Shown one piece after another: positions 18,486 to 28,064 of a DNA stretch of 64,000 nt. The stretch is taken from assembly GCA_937949725.1 (NCBI GenBank), contig CALECT010000048.1, positions 6,626-70,625 on the forward strand, given 5' to 3'. A program made the position numbers and the translations under genes. The notes under the pieces are model-generated. The model was not told where the DNA came from. It made no database searches and saw only the letters and a program-made list of their open reading frames with translations. Source of the DNA: an uncultured Pseudanabaenaceae cyanobacterium. Its GTDB lineage: Bacteria; Cyanobacteriota; Cyanobacteriia; PCC-9006; JAAUQQ01. Every line of letters starts with the position of its first letter. Position 1 is the stretch's first letter.

Positions 18486-20420
18486 CTACCGATCGCCGCC
18501 TTTGCGCATGTTGCGAAGGTCCTGCATGGAACTGCCCACGCCTTGCACTACGCCACGACCAATCAACCCAATGCCTCGCCCCACCACCTGGGTTAGAAGA
18601 TAAACCACCGCTGTCCCGGCCCAGCGGGTCACTACCTCAACCCTGGGGGCAACTGCATCTCGCACTTCCAGGGCGAGGGTCACGACTTGCTGGAAGGAAT
18701 TTAACTTCGCCATTTCCACCCGGCGCGGTGCATAGACCGAAGATTTAGAAATGCCGCCCATGCCGCCTTCTTCTAAGGGCTCGCTGAAATGCAGCAGGGC
18801 GTAGCGGCTTTCGTAGATGTCCTGAGCTTCTTTGAAGAGTGATCCCACTCGATATTTCCAGGACAGGTTATTGCGAAACTTCTCGATCTCTCTTGTGGAG
18901 AGCAGCCGCTTGTCGTAGAAGCTCTGCTTGATTACATCCACATCGGCAAAGTTGTTCAATAGCGGCTGCACGACACCGTTTGCCATTTGCAGGAGCAGGT
19001 TTTCGCTGAGTAACACCAGCCGCGTCATTGCTTCAGGCGATTCCGGACGATAGTCCACGCCATCAATGGCAACGGGGGTGCCAAACAATAGCGTTGAAAA
19101 CAGCATTTCCACGCTAGGAATATGGTTAAAAATTGCCGACTCTACAACAGGTTGCTCTTGCAACAAAATAGGCATTAGCTCTACGGATTCGTTTGTCACG
19201 CCATTGCTGATAGCTAAGGTGGAGTATTTGCCGAGGAAGTCGCCGATGGCTGTGGTCCACCAGTCAGCGAGAAGGGGCGATCGCCGCTCCACCAATTGCT
19301 CCTGTTCAAGATTCGACAATCGCAGATCGGTCAACAAGTCTCCCCAGCAGCGCAGCACGATGCTGAGCAATTCCTGGCGCTTGCCCTGGTTAAGGATGTC
19401 GATTTCTTGGGGATCTCCCGTCAAATTGACTAAACCCGGCGGCATTCGCAGACTAATTTGATTAAACAGTAGTGCCTGCAACTCCCGTCCCGCTGACTTG
19501 GAGCGAAGCGTGGGCTGAGGCGTCAGATCGGCCGGTCCTGCGACTAGGCTGCCGCCGCTGGTGCCTGTCGTACCACTCACGGTTCCACTTGAGGGATTAC
19601 TAAACTGGCCAGTTGAGCCCTGCCCCGAAGGTCCAATAAAGCCGCCTGCTGCAGCCACTGCATCAGAACTGGCCAAGCGGCCACCGGAATCTTCCCAGGG
19701 ATTCTTCAATGGCACCGAGGAACTGCCCTCTAATTCCCAGGGTTGGGAATCGGCGATTTGGGACAGGGCGCGATCGGCCCGGCTGGAAAAGCGTGTTAGT
19801 AACCAGCGTGTGGCCCGAAGCTCTCGCTGGGCACCATCCAGCCAGAGCTTCTCGACCCAAGAAGCTTGTTCCCGCTGACGTTGCAATGCATAGAGGCGCT
19901 CATCCACCTGAACCATGCCCGAGGCAACCTGGCCGCTCCACAGGCCCAGGCGAGGAATCTGCTGCCGCACCAGGGGAGCTTGGGGCCGCTCCGGCAGGGT
20001 CCAAACTTCGTAGCCCCGCTGCACTTGGAATAGCGCTTCCACTAATTCATCTAGGGAGCGGGCCCTGGACCAATAGCCCGCCATGGCCTGGCGGCGGCAC
20101 CAGAGGCCGAGGGTGGCGGGATGCTGATGTTCTAAACCCAGTAGTGGTAGGTCTGGCAGATTCCGTTGAAAAATCTCGATCGCCTGGGCCGCCCCTTCCA
20201 ATCCCAAGGACTCAACTGCAAAATTCAGATTCAGAATCACCACATCGAGAGGCAGCAGTCCATCTACACGCTGCTGCTCAACCAAAACTGCTGCTTCTTT
20301 AAGGCTATCGACTAGGGAGACCGCCCGCACTGACTCCTGTGCCGCCAAAGCAGCCTCTAACCCCAATCGAAAAATGGGGTCACCGTCAACCAGTAATAAA
20401 TTGAGGGGGCGAGGAGCCAT
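18486..20420 (-). CDS. receiver-like N-terminal domain + DUF3685-type protein
   Basis: The N-terminus MAPRPLNLLLVDGDPIFRLGLEAAL resembles a response-regulator receiver. A long Ser/Gly-rich linker and a conserved C-terminal region follow. The family assignment is tentative. Start taken as ATG 20420. Confidence 0.55.
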   Translation of the reverse strand: MAPRPLNLLLVDGDPIFRLGLEAALAAQESVRAVSLVDSLKEAAVLVEQQRVDGLLPLDVVILNLNFAVESLGLEGAAQAIEIFQRNLPDLPLLGLEHQHPATLGLWCRRQAMAGYWSRARSLDELVEALFQVQRGYEVWTLPERPQAPLVRQQIPRLGLWSGQVASGMVQVDERLYALQRQREQASWVEKLWLDGAQRELRATRWLLTRFSSRADRALSQIADSQPWELEGSSSVPLKNPWEDSGGRLASSDAVAAAGGFIGPSGQGSTGQFSNPSSGTVSGTTGTSGGSLVAGPADLTPQPTLRSKSAGRELQALLFNQISLRMPPGLVNLTGDPQEIDILNQGKRQELLSIVLRCWGDLLTDLRLSNLEQEQLVERRSPLLADWWTTAIGDFLGKYSTLAISNGVTNESVELMPILLQEQPVVESAIFNHIPSVEMLFSTLLFGTPVAIDGVDYRPESPEAMTRLVLLSENLLLQMANGVVQPLLNNFADVDVIKQSFYDKRLLSTREIEKFRNNLSWKYRVGSLFKEAQDIYESRYALLHFSEPLEEGGMGGISKSSVYAPRRVEMAKLNSFQQVVTLALEVRDAVAPRVEVVTRWAGTAVVYLLTQVVGRGIGLIGRGVVQGVGSSMQDLRNMRKGGDR

Positions 20421-20608
20421 GGCTATTGGGGGAAAGCTTTCGCCTAAATCCCCCACAGATTAGCATCCGAATTGGCGATCGCCCATGGCATCTGGGTACT
20501 GTGTTTGGCCCTTATTTCTAGGAGCTGAATCTGGGATGCTAATCCTATGGACCAACAACCCAGATTTCCCCAGTAGAGTGAGCCCTGGCAGACGAGCTGC
20601 CTGATGCT

Positions 20609-22141
20609 CTAACCCAGCAGGTTCACCACCTCGGCCGCACCATAGGCTGTCCCGGCGACTTCATATCGCTCCACACCGGTGATGGTTTGATTCCAAAAGT
20701 CGCTGTTGCCTAATTTATCCGTGCTGCCGCTAATGCGGATGCTGTCTGTTCCCAGCAGCGCGATCGCCATGGTGGTGTCGTCGAAGAAATCGAGCTTCAG
20801 CAAATCATTGCCGCGATCGCCAGAAATAATCGCGCCACCAACGCCAGTATCAAAGACATCAGCGCCATCGCCACCTTTCAGTACGGCATCTTCTAGGTCC
20901 AGACTCACCCCTCGAACGACAAAACTATCTTGGCCGCTGCCACCATCCAAGGTGCTCTGCTTCACTCCGATTGATGTTCCATTGGTCGCAGTACCCGTGA
21001 CGTCAACGGTGATTGCATCATCGCCGCTGCCCCCGGTGAGGGTGCCCTGAAAAACACCCAAATAGGCCGTGTTAGCTCCGCCGTTACCCGAAATATTGAC
21101 GGAGATCGCATCGTTACCGGCCCCCCCTTCTGCGACGCCTTTCTCCACCCCAACCACGCTTAGGGTGCTAAGCCCTACCACTGACCCCTGGGCGTTGATC
21201 TCCAGGGTGTCTGCCCCGCTGCCCCCACGCACGGCGCCTCCTGCAAAGATTCCACGAACCTCTGCCTGGTCTGAACTAATGCCAGTCTTTTGGGCGGATA
21301 CCGTAATCACATCACTGTTTGCGCCCCCATCAATGTTAGTCGTGCCAAATCCGACACCTACCGTTTGGCTTTCATTTCCATTAATCGTTTCAGCATCAAC
21401 GGTGATGGTGTCCATGCCGTCGCCTCCCTTGATGGAGGCATTGAAAGCAGCACCATAGCTTCGTACGAACTCAGTTGGACCGTTTATACCACTGTCGACA
21501 GTTGCTTTCGTCGCGATGGCGATTGCGTCGGCACCGTCTCCCCCTAGAATAGTGCTACCGGATACCCCTCTAGCCTCTGTCGTACCGGTGTTTGTGGCGC
21601 TTCTGGCCGCAGGGATGTCAGCGATAATGGAAATCTCGTCGTTGCCAAGTCCCAAGGTGACGAAACTATTGACCAAGCCAAAACTGGTGGCCGACACACT
21701 GGGGCCATCTTCGGCAAAGGGGTTGGATGGGTCAGCGTTGATGACGACTGCGAGGCTTGAAATTGTGACAACGTCACTGCCACTACCTGTGTCAAGTGTT
21801 GTTCTAATTACCCCAGTGCTGTCCGAGGCAGTGCCCGTCCCCTGGGAAACAAATAAGTCAGAAATGATACTACTACTCACCGTTAGCGTATCGCTGTCTT
21901 GACCTAGGTTGATGGTGGCATTCGTGATGCCAATGCCTTGCGCCACAGTGGGCTCAGTTGGATTTCGATTAATTTCGACAAGGGCCTCAAGGGTATCCTG
22001 GCCACCGAGGCTATCGACCGCTAACTGTGTTGCTGCGATCGCCACCAAGCGCTCATCAATGACGCCCTCCCCATTGAGTATCTCTCCAACATAGGTGTCG
22101 GACTGAGATGTGCCTTGCAACCGCCCTGTGAGTTGAGCCAT
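20609..22141 (-). CDS. RTX-like (GGxGxD) calcium-binding repeat protein, probably secreted
   Basis: Repeated GGDGADAI, GGDGMDTI, GGSGADTL, GGAGNDAI, GGSGDDAI, GGSGQDSF, GGDGADVF and GDRGNDLL motifs. There is no N-terminal signal peptide, which fits a type I secretion substrate. Confidence 0.7.
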   Translation of the reverse strand: MAQLTGRLQGTSQSDTYVGEILNGEGVIDERLVAIAATQLAVDSLGGQDTLEALVEINRNPTEPTVAQGIGITNATINLGQDSDTLTVSSSIISDLFVSQGTGTASDSTGVIRTTLDTGSGSDVVTISSLAVVINADPSNPFAEDGPSVSATSFGLVNSFVTLGLGNDEISIIADIPAARSATNTGTTEARGVSGSTILGGDGADAIAIATKATVDSGINGPTEFVRSYGAAFNASIKGGDGMDTITVDAETINGNESQTVGVGFGTTNIDGGANSDVITVSAQKTGISSDQAEVRGIFAGGAVRGGSGADTLEINAQGSVVGLSTLSVVGVEKGVAEGGAGNDAISVNISGNGGANTAYLGVFQGTLTGGSGDDAITVDVTGTATNGTSIGVKQSTLDGGSGQDSFVVRGVSLDLEDAVLKGGDGADVFDTGVGGAIISGDRGNDLLKLDFFDDTTMAIALLGTDSIRISGSTDKLGNSDFWNQTITGVERYEVAGTAYGAAEVVNLLG

Positions 22142-22588
22142 TTGGTGATTCCTTGTCGAACATACATTTTTGCTGGGCGTTTAGCGCAGCGTTCACACCC
22201 ATCTGCTTGGAGAGCTGGTGCTTGAGGGCATTTCATTGAGCAATGCACCTCTAAGATCATTCTTATAAAGGCTCCTGACTCGACTTCTTCGCGAAGCATC
22301 ATCAAAAACAGCAGAATTTTATAATGACGCGGAAAACGGTATTGAATTCTTGAATCTTCCGGCTTTTGTTAGACGTAAATATGCTGTTATTTGTGGTCGC
22401 TCCTCTGAGCTTTTCTGATGACCACAAAATTTTAAATTATGATTGCTATAACTCAACTCAAATAATCGCAATTTGCCTTAGCCAATGTGGATTTTGATGT
22501 AATAAAAAATACATACAGGCTGGCTGTAAACCCTCGAATTCATATCGCTGAATTCACCTATGGGCTGTGGCTGTAGACCTTAGTGGAT

Positions 22589-22775
22589 TAACGTGAATTC
22601 GACAATTACTGGCCCCCATTCTCTAACCCCTGTCCCCCAATTCTGGAGGAAGGTAAATCGAAAGCAACACCATTTTTAGGCTGTGTCTCCCCTCTCCCAT
22701 ACTTGAGATGAGGGGCTGAGGAAGAGGGCATTTTGCGGCTGTCGAACTCACGTTAGATTAGAAATTCTCCTAGAG
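22589..22775. repeat. MITE-like element with imperfect 16-bp terminal inverted repeats
   Basis: taacgtgaattcgaca (22589-22604) versus tgtcgaactcacgtta (22760-22775), matching 15 of 16 as an inverted repeat. They flank 155 bp containing C-rich/G-rich complementary tracts. Located in the long AT-rich spacer upstream of the RTX-like gene. Confidence 0.45.
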
Positions 22776-23012
22776 GTTATTTGAAAAGGAATTTAGCTGT
22801 AACAGATGCCTCTGTGAGATCTAGAAATCACAAAAATCCCAGCACTTTCTGATTGATTTGAGTATCAAATCTGACCCTTAGCCGAATTTTGAAACAACCT
22901 CTTAGGGCGGTGTGCGTTTTGTTCAAGAGGAAATATGCGATACGAGCAAGTGGGCTCTCTGCTACGAATAGCTCACCTGCTTGTATCGGATGATTGTTTT
23001 AACCCATTGCCC

Positions 23013-24035
23013 CTAAACCTCTACCGTTAGCAAATTCCAATGGACCCAGCAAGCCGCAGACTGGGCCGATCGCAAATAAGGCGGTACCCGCAACACATCC
23101 ATCACGCGGGTTTGAGCACAGCAACGCTTTAGCAGCAAAATCGGTTCTTCCAAACCGGCAATTTCTAGCTGAATCAAGCTGCTATTGTTCCAGTCATCTA
23201 TAACCTCACCTTCCAGCTCTTGTACCAATCGGCCATAGCCCACGCCCTCCATCAAGACCTGTTGCAAAAGGGAATCGGGCTCTTCAGCGATCCAGCGAGC
23301 CTGCCATTGGCGGGGATGAAGGCGACCGTAATGCTCCGGCAAACGCACTCCAGCATTGGCATAGAGGGAGAAGCCATCGCTGAAGGCCAGGGCCACTTCG
23401 CCTTCGCCATGGAGCTGGCCTTGGTTGTTGAGACGGAGCTGGCGAGGGCGATCGCTGACAAAGCAAACGCCTTCGTAGGGCAATAGCCAGCCGCAATGCT
23501 GAGCCACTGCACTCAAGGCTTTCCAGATCTGGTAGTTGTAATCACAACCTAAGACCTCCAGTGCAAATGCCTCCACCGCTAAAGACTCCAGCCACAGCTC
23601 CGGCTTGACGGCGGTTTGCCATAGGCTGGCTTGGCTGGGATGGTTGCGCTCTAGCTGTTCTAGGAGCTGAACGGTATGGGGGACTTCTAGCAAGGGATTG
23701 CGGAGGGATTCCTCCAGGGCCATTTGCACGGGCCAGCTGATTTGGGACTCGATGGACTGGGTGAAGCGATCGCGTTCCGCTTCGAGGCGATGGCCCAGAA
23801 ATTCACCCCAGCGCTTCGTAGGAACCGCTTCAAAATCCATGGAAACGGGGCTTTCTCCCCAGACCACGAGGGGGGCGGCCAGGCCTATGAGGTGATAGGC
23901 CTCCCGAATGGCAGCGCAGGCCTGGGCGAAGTTCACTGGCTGGGTGGAATGGAGCAGGGATAGGGCTCCCTGGCGATAGAGGGGCAGGGACTGTTGCTGG
24001 CAGGCGGTCAACGACAAAACCGTGGAAGTTGTCAT
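23013..24035 (-). CDS. hypothetical protein, DUF6745-like
   Basis: The likely start is ATG 24035 (MTTSTVLSLTACQQ). The C-terminal pattern CFVSDRPRQLRLNNQGQLHGEGEVALAFSDGFSLYANAGVRLP resembles DUF6745. The 5' part of the track ORF (to 24503) runs through a hairpin repeat and looks non-coding. Confidence 0.55.
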   Translation of the reverse strand: MTTSTVLSLTACQQQSLPLYRQGALSLLHSTQPVNFAQACAAIREAYHLIGLAAPLVVWGESPVSMDFEAVPTKRWGEFLGHRLEAERDRFTQSIESQISWPVQMALEESLRNPLLEVPHTVQLLEQLERNHPSQASLWQTAVKPELWLESLAVEAFALEVLGCDYNYQIWKALSAVAQHCGWLLPYEGVCFVSDRPRQLRLNNQGQLHGEGEVALAFSDGFSLYANAGVRLPEHYGRLHPRQWQARWIAEEPDSLLQQVLMEGVGYGRLVQELEGEVIDDWNNSSLIQLEIAGLEEPILLLKRCCAQTRVMDVLRVPPYLRSAQSAACWVHWNLLTVEV

Positions 24036-24599
24036 AAATAACGTTCGCGATGGTGACGGGAAAGTTGTTTCAGGAGAATTCAGTGAAACCCGATTCCCAA
24101 TCGTTGCTCTGTAGGGGCGAACCGCTGTTCGCCCGCTAAGGATTAGGAAATACAGCAATTCGGATTGGGCACCAGATGATGAGGCATTAGCGATGTTTGT
24201 GGCCCAAGCAGCCGCGCTGCCGAGCCTGTTGAATGACCGAGGCTTTTGAGCCTGGGTGATGTTGAGAACCCCGACGACCTGAACCGCGAGCGAGGTGGGC
24301 TGGAGCATAGGAATGGAATGGCATGGGCTTGGAGGCAGTGAGACGTTTGCGATGGCGATCCGGGCGTTTGCAATGGTCTCGGAGATGGCTTTTGGGGTGG
24401 CCTGGGAGAGTCGAGCGAGGGCTGAGAAATGAACCCCGAGCAGGGAAATCGGAATAACGGCAGGGGAAACGGTGGCCGTTCCTGAGGAACGACCGAAAAA
24501 CACTTGCCATGGGATAAAAGCTTTAAGGGGCGGGAGCTAGCAGCAAGCCCACGGGGAGCGGAAAGCCGATGAAAGGAACGAGCGGGCGGCTTTCTGGCG

Positions 24600-25124
24600 A
24601 TGCGGGTTTTCGATTGCTATAGTGTTAGTAGATTGCAAACTGTAGTTTGCTTTCTTGAATACCAATGTACCAATTCCGCGAGCAATTTGCAACCCAAAAC
24701 AGCAGAAAATGACAACCACAGTTGTCAAGAAATAAGCGCTGAGGGAGGCGTAGCCGATTTAGGCTTTGCTAAGCAGGTGCGCGATCGCCGCCGTCAGGAA
24801 GGGCTCAGCCAAGCTGCCCTTGCTGAACAGGTGGGCATTTCCCGCAATTACCTCTCCCAGATAGAACGGGGCAAAGCGACGAATCTGTCTTGGCAGGTGC
24901 GTCAATCCCTGGTGGACCTGCTGGGCATCGCTGCGACTGGCTCATCTGCGAGTAATGCAGCGACATCCCTGCCGGAAGGGCTAGCGGCCTTTGCCGAGAA
25001 AGCTCAGCTGCCCCAGGACGATGTGCTGATGCTGGCGGGGCTGAAGTACCGTGGCAAACAGCCCACGACCCCCGATAAGTGGGAACTGCTTTACAACGTC
25101 ATTAAAATGACCGTTGATACATAA
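24600..25124 (+). CDS. XRE-family helix-turn-helix transcriptional regulator
   Basis: HTH sequence FAKQVRDRRRQEGLSQAALAEQVGISRNYLSQIERGKATN. The true start is probably downstream of 24600 (non-ATG) and is left unresolved. Confidence 0.75.
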   Translation: MRVFDCYSVSRLQTVVCFLEYQCTNSASNLQPKTAENDNHSCQEISAEGGVADLGFAKQVRDRRRQEGLSQAALAEQVGISRNYLSQIERGKATNLSWQVRQSLVDLLGIAATGSSASNAATSLPEGLAAFAEKAQLPQDDVLMLAGLKYRGKQPTTPDKWELLYNVIKMTVDT

Positions 25125-25159
25125 GCACTGTTTAATCGCCGCCTGGGCCAACCGCCAAT

Positions 25160-26038
25160 TTGGGTCGCGCTCGCCCCATGCCCTATCGCCATCCCGGCTA
25201 TGCCTTCCTTGAGCATCACGGTCCCCTCAGTGGCGAGGCGGATGTGGAAGCCTATGGCAATTTTTTGCGGCGATCGGCCCAGCTCGACGACGATCGCCCC
25301 CCGGTTTCCCTAGAGCGTATTTACACCTGCTTCGGCATTCCCATTCCCCGCCAGGCTCCCCTTCAAGATCAGCAGGGCATTTTGGTAGATGGCGACAGCG
25401 GCTTGATTTTGATTAAGGAAGATGACCCCCTGGTGCGGCGGCGCTTTACGGAGGGTCATGAGCTGATGGAGTTGCTGTTTGACGCGCATTATCAGCAGGA
25501 AGGGTTGCCCCAAGAGACCGCGCCTCAACGGGGCGGGTTCAATCCTGAGGGGGCTTATAAGGAACGGTTGTGCGATCGCGGAGCCGCTGCTCTGCTGATG
25601 CCGGAGGCTTCATTTCGGGCGCGCTTGCAGATGCTCAGCATGTCGTTGCAGACGGGGCGAGCTTTGGCAAAGGATTACCAGACTTCCCTGGTGGCGACGC
25701 TTTTAAGGATGGTGCAGCTCAGCGGCGGAGCCCATGCCCTGGTGATGTGGCGTTTGGGGTGGGCCACGGCGGCGGAGAAGGCGAAGGGGAGTGAGCCACC
25801 GCTGTTGAGGCCGGGTTGGCAGGCGTTTAGTGCAAGTTGGTCTGTGGGGCGGTTAGGGCGGGAGCAGGTGGCGGGGCCGGGGTCGGTGGTGGCGATCGCG
25901 CCGCAGTTAGGTCAGCCTCTTACGGGGACGGAGGTGGTGATGGTGGGTGGGGTGGAGCGGCGTTGTCATTTGGAGGTGTTGCCGTTGCGAGGGGGGCGGC
26001 AGCAGTGTGTGTTGGCGTTGGTGCATTTGTTGGAGTAG
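25160..26038 (+). CDS. ImmA/IrrE-like (DUF955) protein with a degenerate metal-binding motif
   Basis: It immediately follows the XRE gene, the classic XRE-ImmA pairing. The motif region reads FTEGHELMELLFDAHY, so HELME replaces the canonical HExxH. The 3' third is strongly G+T-rich. Confidence 0.5.
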   Translation: MGRARPMPYRHPGYAFLEHHGPLSGEADVEAYGNFLRRSAQLDDDRPPVSLERIYTCFGIPIPRQAPLQDQQGILVDGDSGLILIKEDDPLVRRRFTEGHELMELLFDAHYQQEGLPQETAPQRGGFNPEGAYKERLCDRGAAALLMPEASFRARLQMLSMSLQTGRALAKDYQTSLVATLLRMVQLSGGAHALVMWRLGWATAAEKAKGSEPPLLRPGWQAFSASWSVGRLGREQVAGPGSVVAIAPQLGQPLTGTEVVMVGGVERRCHLEVLPLRGGRQQCVLALVHLLE

Positions 26039-26118
26039 TTTTTCTGGGTGAGCTGTTGAGCTTTGCTTTTTAATGAGGCAAGCGGGCAAATCTGGCAGCC
26101 GTGGAGGCAAAACGCAAT

Positions 26119-26614
26119 CCATGAGGGCCAGCCCTCAAACTCCCGCCCTATGGGACGAAGCGTCCCCTAAGGGATCACCCCTCCTACAACGGTGTCAAAG
26201 TATGGAAATGTTCTGTGATGCGGCCTTCGAAATTGGAGGTTTGGGCTGTCAGTTTGGGCTGGTTGGTCTGATGGGTTGCTGCTAGCGCAGTCGAAGTATG
26301 GCTTGTGAAAACCAGCGGTATTCAAATTTGGGGCAGGCAGATTTGCTTCTCAAGTTAGGGTTTTTGGATTTAGCCTCCAATCGAAGCATTGTTCTTGGGG
26401 CTAAGACCAAATCTCTCGGTCACTTCGCCCCAGCAATAAATGCTCGACTGCGAAGCAGATGCTCCATAATTCAACTAAACCCAAAGTACGCCGCCCATAA
26501 CGAATCTAAGAGGCCGCTCCACCACCCATATTCACCCACTCACCCAAGCTTGGGGGGTACCCGTAGGGGCGACTCTCGTCCCCTCGGCGGGAGTTTGAGG
26601 GCTGGCCCTCATGG
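26119..26614. repeat. pair of roughly 55-bp inverted repeats (29-bp perfect core) enclosing about 440 bp
   Basis: ccatgagggccagccctcaaactcccgcc (26119-26147) is the exact reverse complement of ggcgggagtttgagggctggccctcatgg (26586-26614). The arms continue imperfectly through gggacgaagcgtcccctaaggg and its counterpart cccgtaggggcgactctcgtccc. An 18-nt partial copy (gagggctggccctcatgg) lies at 50376-50393. Confidence 0.8.
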
Positions 26615-26696
26615 CTGTCGGTTTGCCTCTTTTGAGAAGGAGCTAATTGCATCGTTAGACATCGAACGCTGCTGCGGACATAGCGATGCCATATCC

Positions 26697-28007
26697 CTAC
26701 CGGATCCCCCGATACCACCGCGCCAAAACCTCCGGCGAAACCCCCAAAAAATACCCTAAAATCATCCCCTGATTCACCAACATCGTCCGCCCAACCCCCA
26801 AACTTTGCCACCGCCGCCCAGACGTAACAACTGCAGCGGGCGCGATCGCCACCTTCCCCTTTTTCCTCAACCGCTGCACCAACTCAAAATCCTCCATAAT
26901 CGGCAACTCAGCAAAGCCACCCAAAGCCTCAAACTGCGATCGCACCAAAAACAACCCCTGATCCCCATAAGGCCAACCGAAACGTCGAGATCGCTGCCTC
27001 ACCCCCCACTCCACCCGCCGCAACCCCGCTCCCTCTCCATCAATAAGCAGCTCAAAAGCACCCGCCGCCACATTCGCTGGAGCCAGAGTTTGACTAATTT
27101 GAGACTCGAAACCTTCAGGAAGGCGGGTATCGCCATGGAGAAACAAGAGGATTTTGCCAATAGCGATCGCAGCACCCGCATTCATCTGTTGGGCTCGGTT
27201 AGCAGGGCCTTCTACTACCCTCGCCCCTAACGCCTTGGCGAAAGTTACACTCTGGTCATTGCTGTGGCCATCTACCACAATAACTTCGCTGTTATGAGCC
27301 TGCTGAAGCAGCTCAGGCAAGTAAGCTCCCAAGGCAGCCGCCTCATTGCGCACCGGCATGATAATGGAAATGAGCGGCTCAGAAGCCGGAGGCAAATTGC
27401 TGTGATACGACGTCCATTGGGGTAAGTCTTCAGGGTTGTCCACATCGCTCAGCACTTCTAGCTGGGCAACCTTTAAGCCAGCAGTGGCAGCACGGGTGAG
27501 GCTGTCCGCTAGAACCGTCTCAGTGCTCCAATTCATGTCTTCGAATAGCTCGGGCACTAATCGCTGGAGACCAATTAGATAGTAGCCACCATCGCTAGCG
27601 GGACCAAGGACGACCCCTTGGTGGTTGAGTTTGTCGAAGGCTTCCACGAGCAGATCCGCTGTGATGTCGGGGCAATCAATACCAATCGTGACTACCCGTT
27701 TTGCCTCCCGGCTAAAGGCATGGGTGAAAGCCGCCGCCATGCGATCGCCCAAGTCCCCCTCTGCCTGGGGCAAATAATCCCACGTCTCCCCTAGCCAATC
27801 GCGAAACGCAGCTTCCGCCTCCCCTGCATAACAAACCCAGACCTGAACGGGCCGCTGCTGCTGAAGCGCCTTCACCGTCCTCAAACAATGCTCCGTCATT
27901 TGGCGCTGTACCAAAGCAGCACCAGCGCCTCCCAATGCAGGTTCAAGGCGCGTCTTCGTTTTGCCCGGCTCTGGGTAACGGGTGAAGACAATTAGATGCT
28001 CGTTCAA
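26697..28007 (-). CDS. fusion of a DUF2064 (TIGR04282-like) domain and a family-2 glycosyltransferase
   Basis: The N-terminus MNEHLIVFTRYPEPGKTKTRLEPALG is the DUF2064 signature. The C-terminal half has ISIIMPVRNEAAALGAYLPEL...VIVVDGHSNDQS (GT2). Confidence 0.75.
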   Translation of the reverse strand: MNEHLIVFTRYPEPGKTKTRLEPALGGAGAALVQRQMTEHCLRTVKALQQQRPVQVWVCYAGEAEAAFRDWLGETWDYLPQAEGDLGDRMAAAFTHAFSREAKRVVTIGIDCPDITADLLVEAFDKLNHQGVVLGPASDGGYYLIGLQRLVPELFEDMNWSTETVLADSLTRAATAGLKVAQLEVLSDVDNPEDLPQWTSYHSNLPPASEPLISIIMPVRNEAAALGAYLPELLQQAHNSEVIVVDGHSNDQSVTFAKALGARVVEGPANRAQQMNAGAAIAIGKILLFLHGDTRLPEGFESQISQTLAPANVAAGAFELLIDGEGAGLRRVEWGVRQRSRRFGWPYGDQGLFLVRSQFEALGGFAELPIMEDFELVQRLRKKGKVAIAPAAVVTSGRRWQSLGVGRTMLVNQGMILGYFLGVSPEVLARWYRGIR

Positions 28008-28064
28008 TGCTTGAAATTCCCTTCAAAAATGCTTGGCATGATGATCAGCGATGTCATTGAGGTC

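Noticed and set aside
19066-22305. Numerous alternative ORFs overlapping the DUF3685-type gene and the RTX-like gene
   Set aside because: These are high-GC, repeat-rich coding regions that generate long antisense ORFs with low-complexity products. The chosen frames carry recognisable motifs.
24036-24503. The N-terminal 156-aa extension of track ORF 23013-24503
   Set aside because: The extension runs through a dispersed hairpin repeat (about 24112-24150) and has low-complexity, non-protein-like sequence. The internal ATG at 24035 gives a protein of the expected size for the DUF6745-like family.
24708-24734. A tiny ORF (MTTTVVKK*) upstream of the HTH region, as a possible leader peptide
   Set aside because: It has only 8 codons, lies inside the annotated XRE ORF in another frame, and has no supporting structure or conservation evidence.
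26298-26811. ORFs 26298-26759(+) and 26506-26811(-) as genes
   Set aside because: They lie inside or across the inverted-repeat element 26119-26614 and overlap the 3' end of the glycosyltransferase gene. The products are Arg/Pro/Gly/Ser-rich with no motif.
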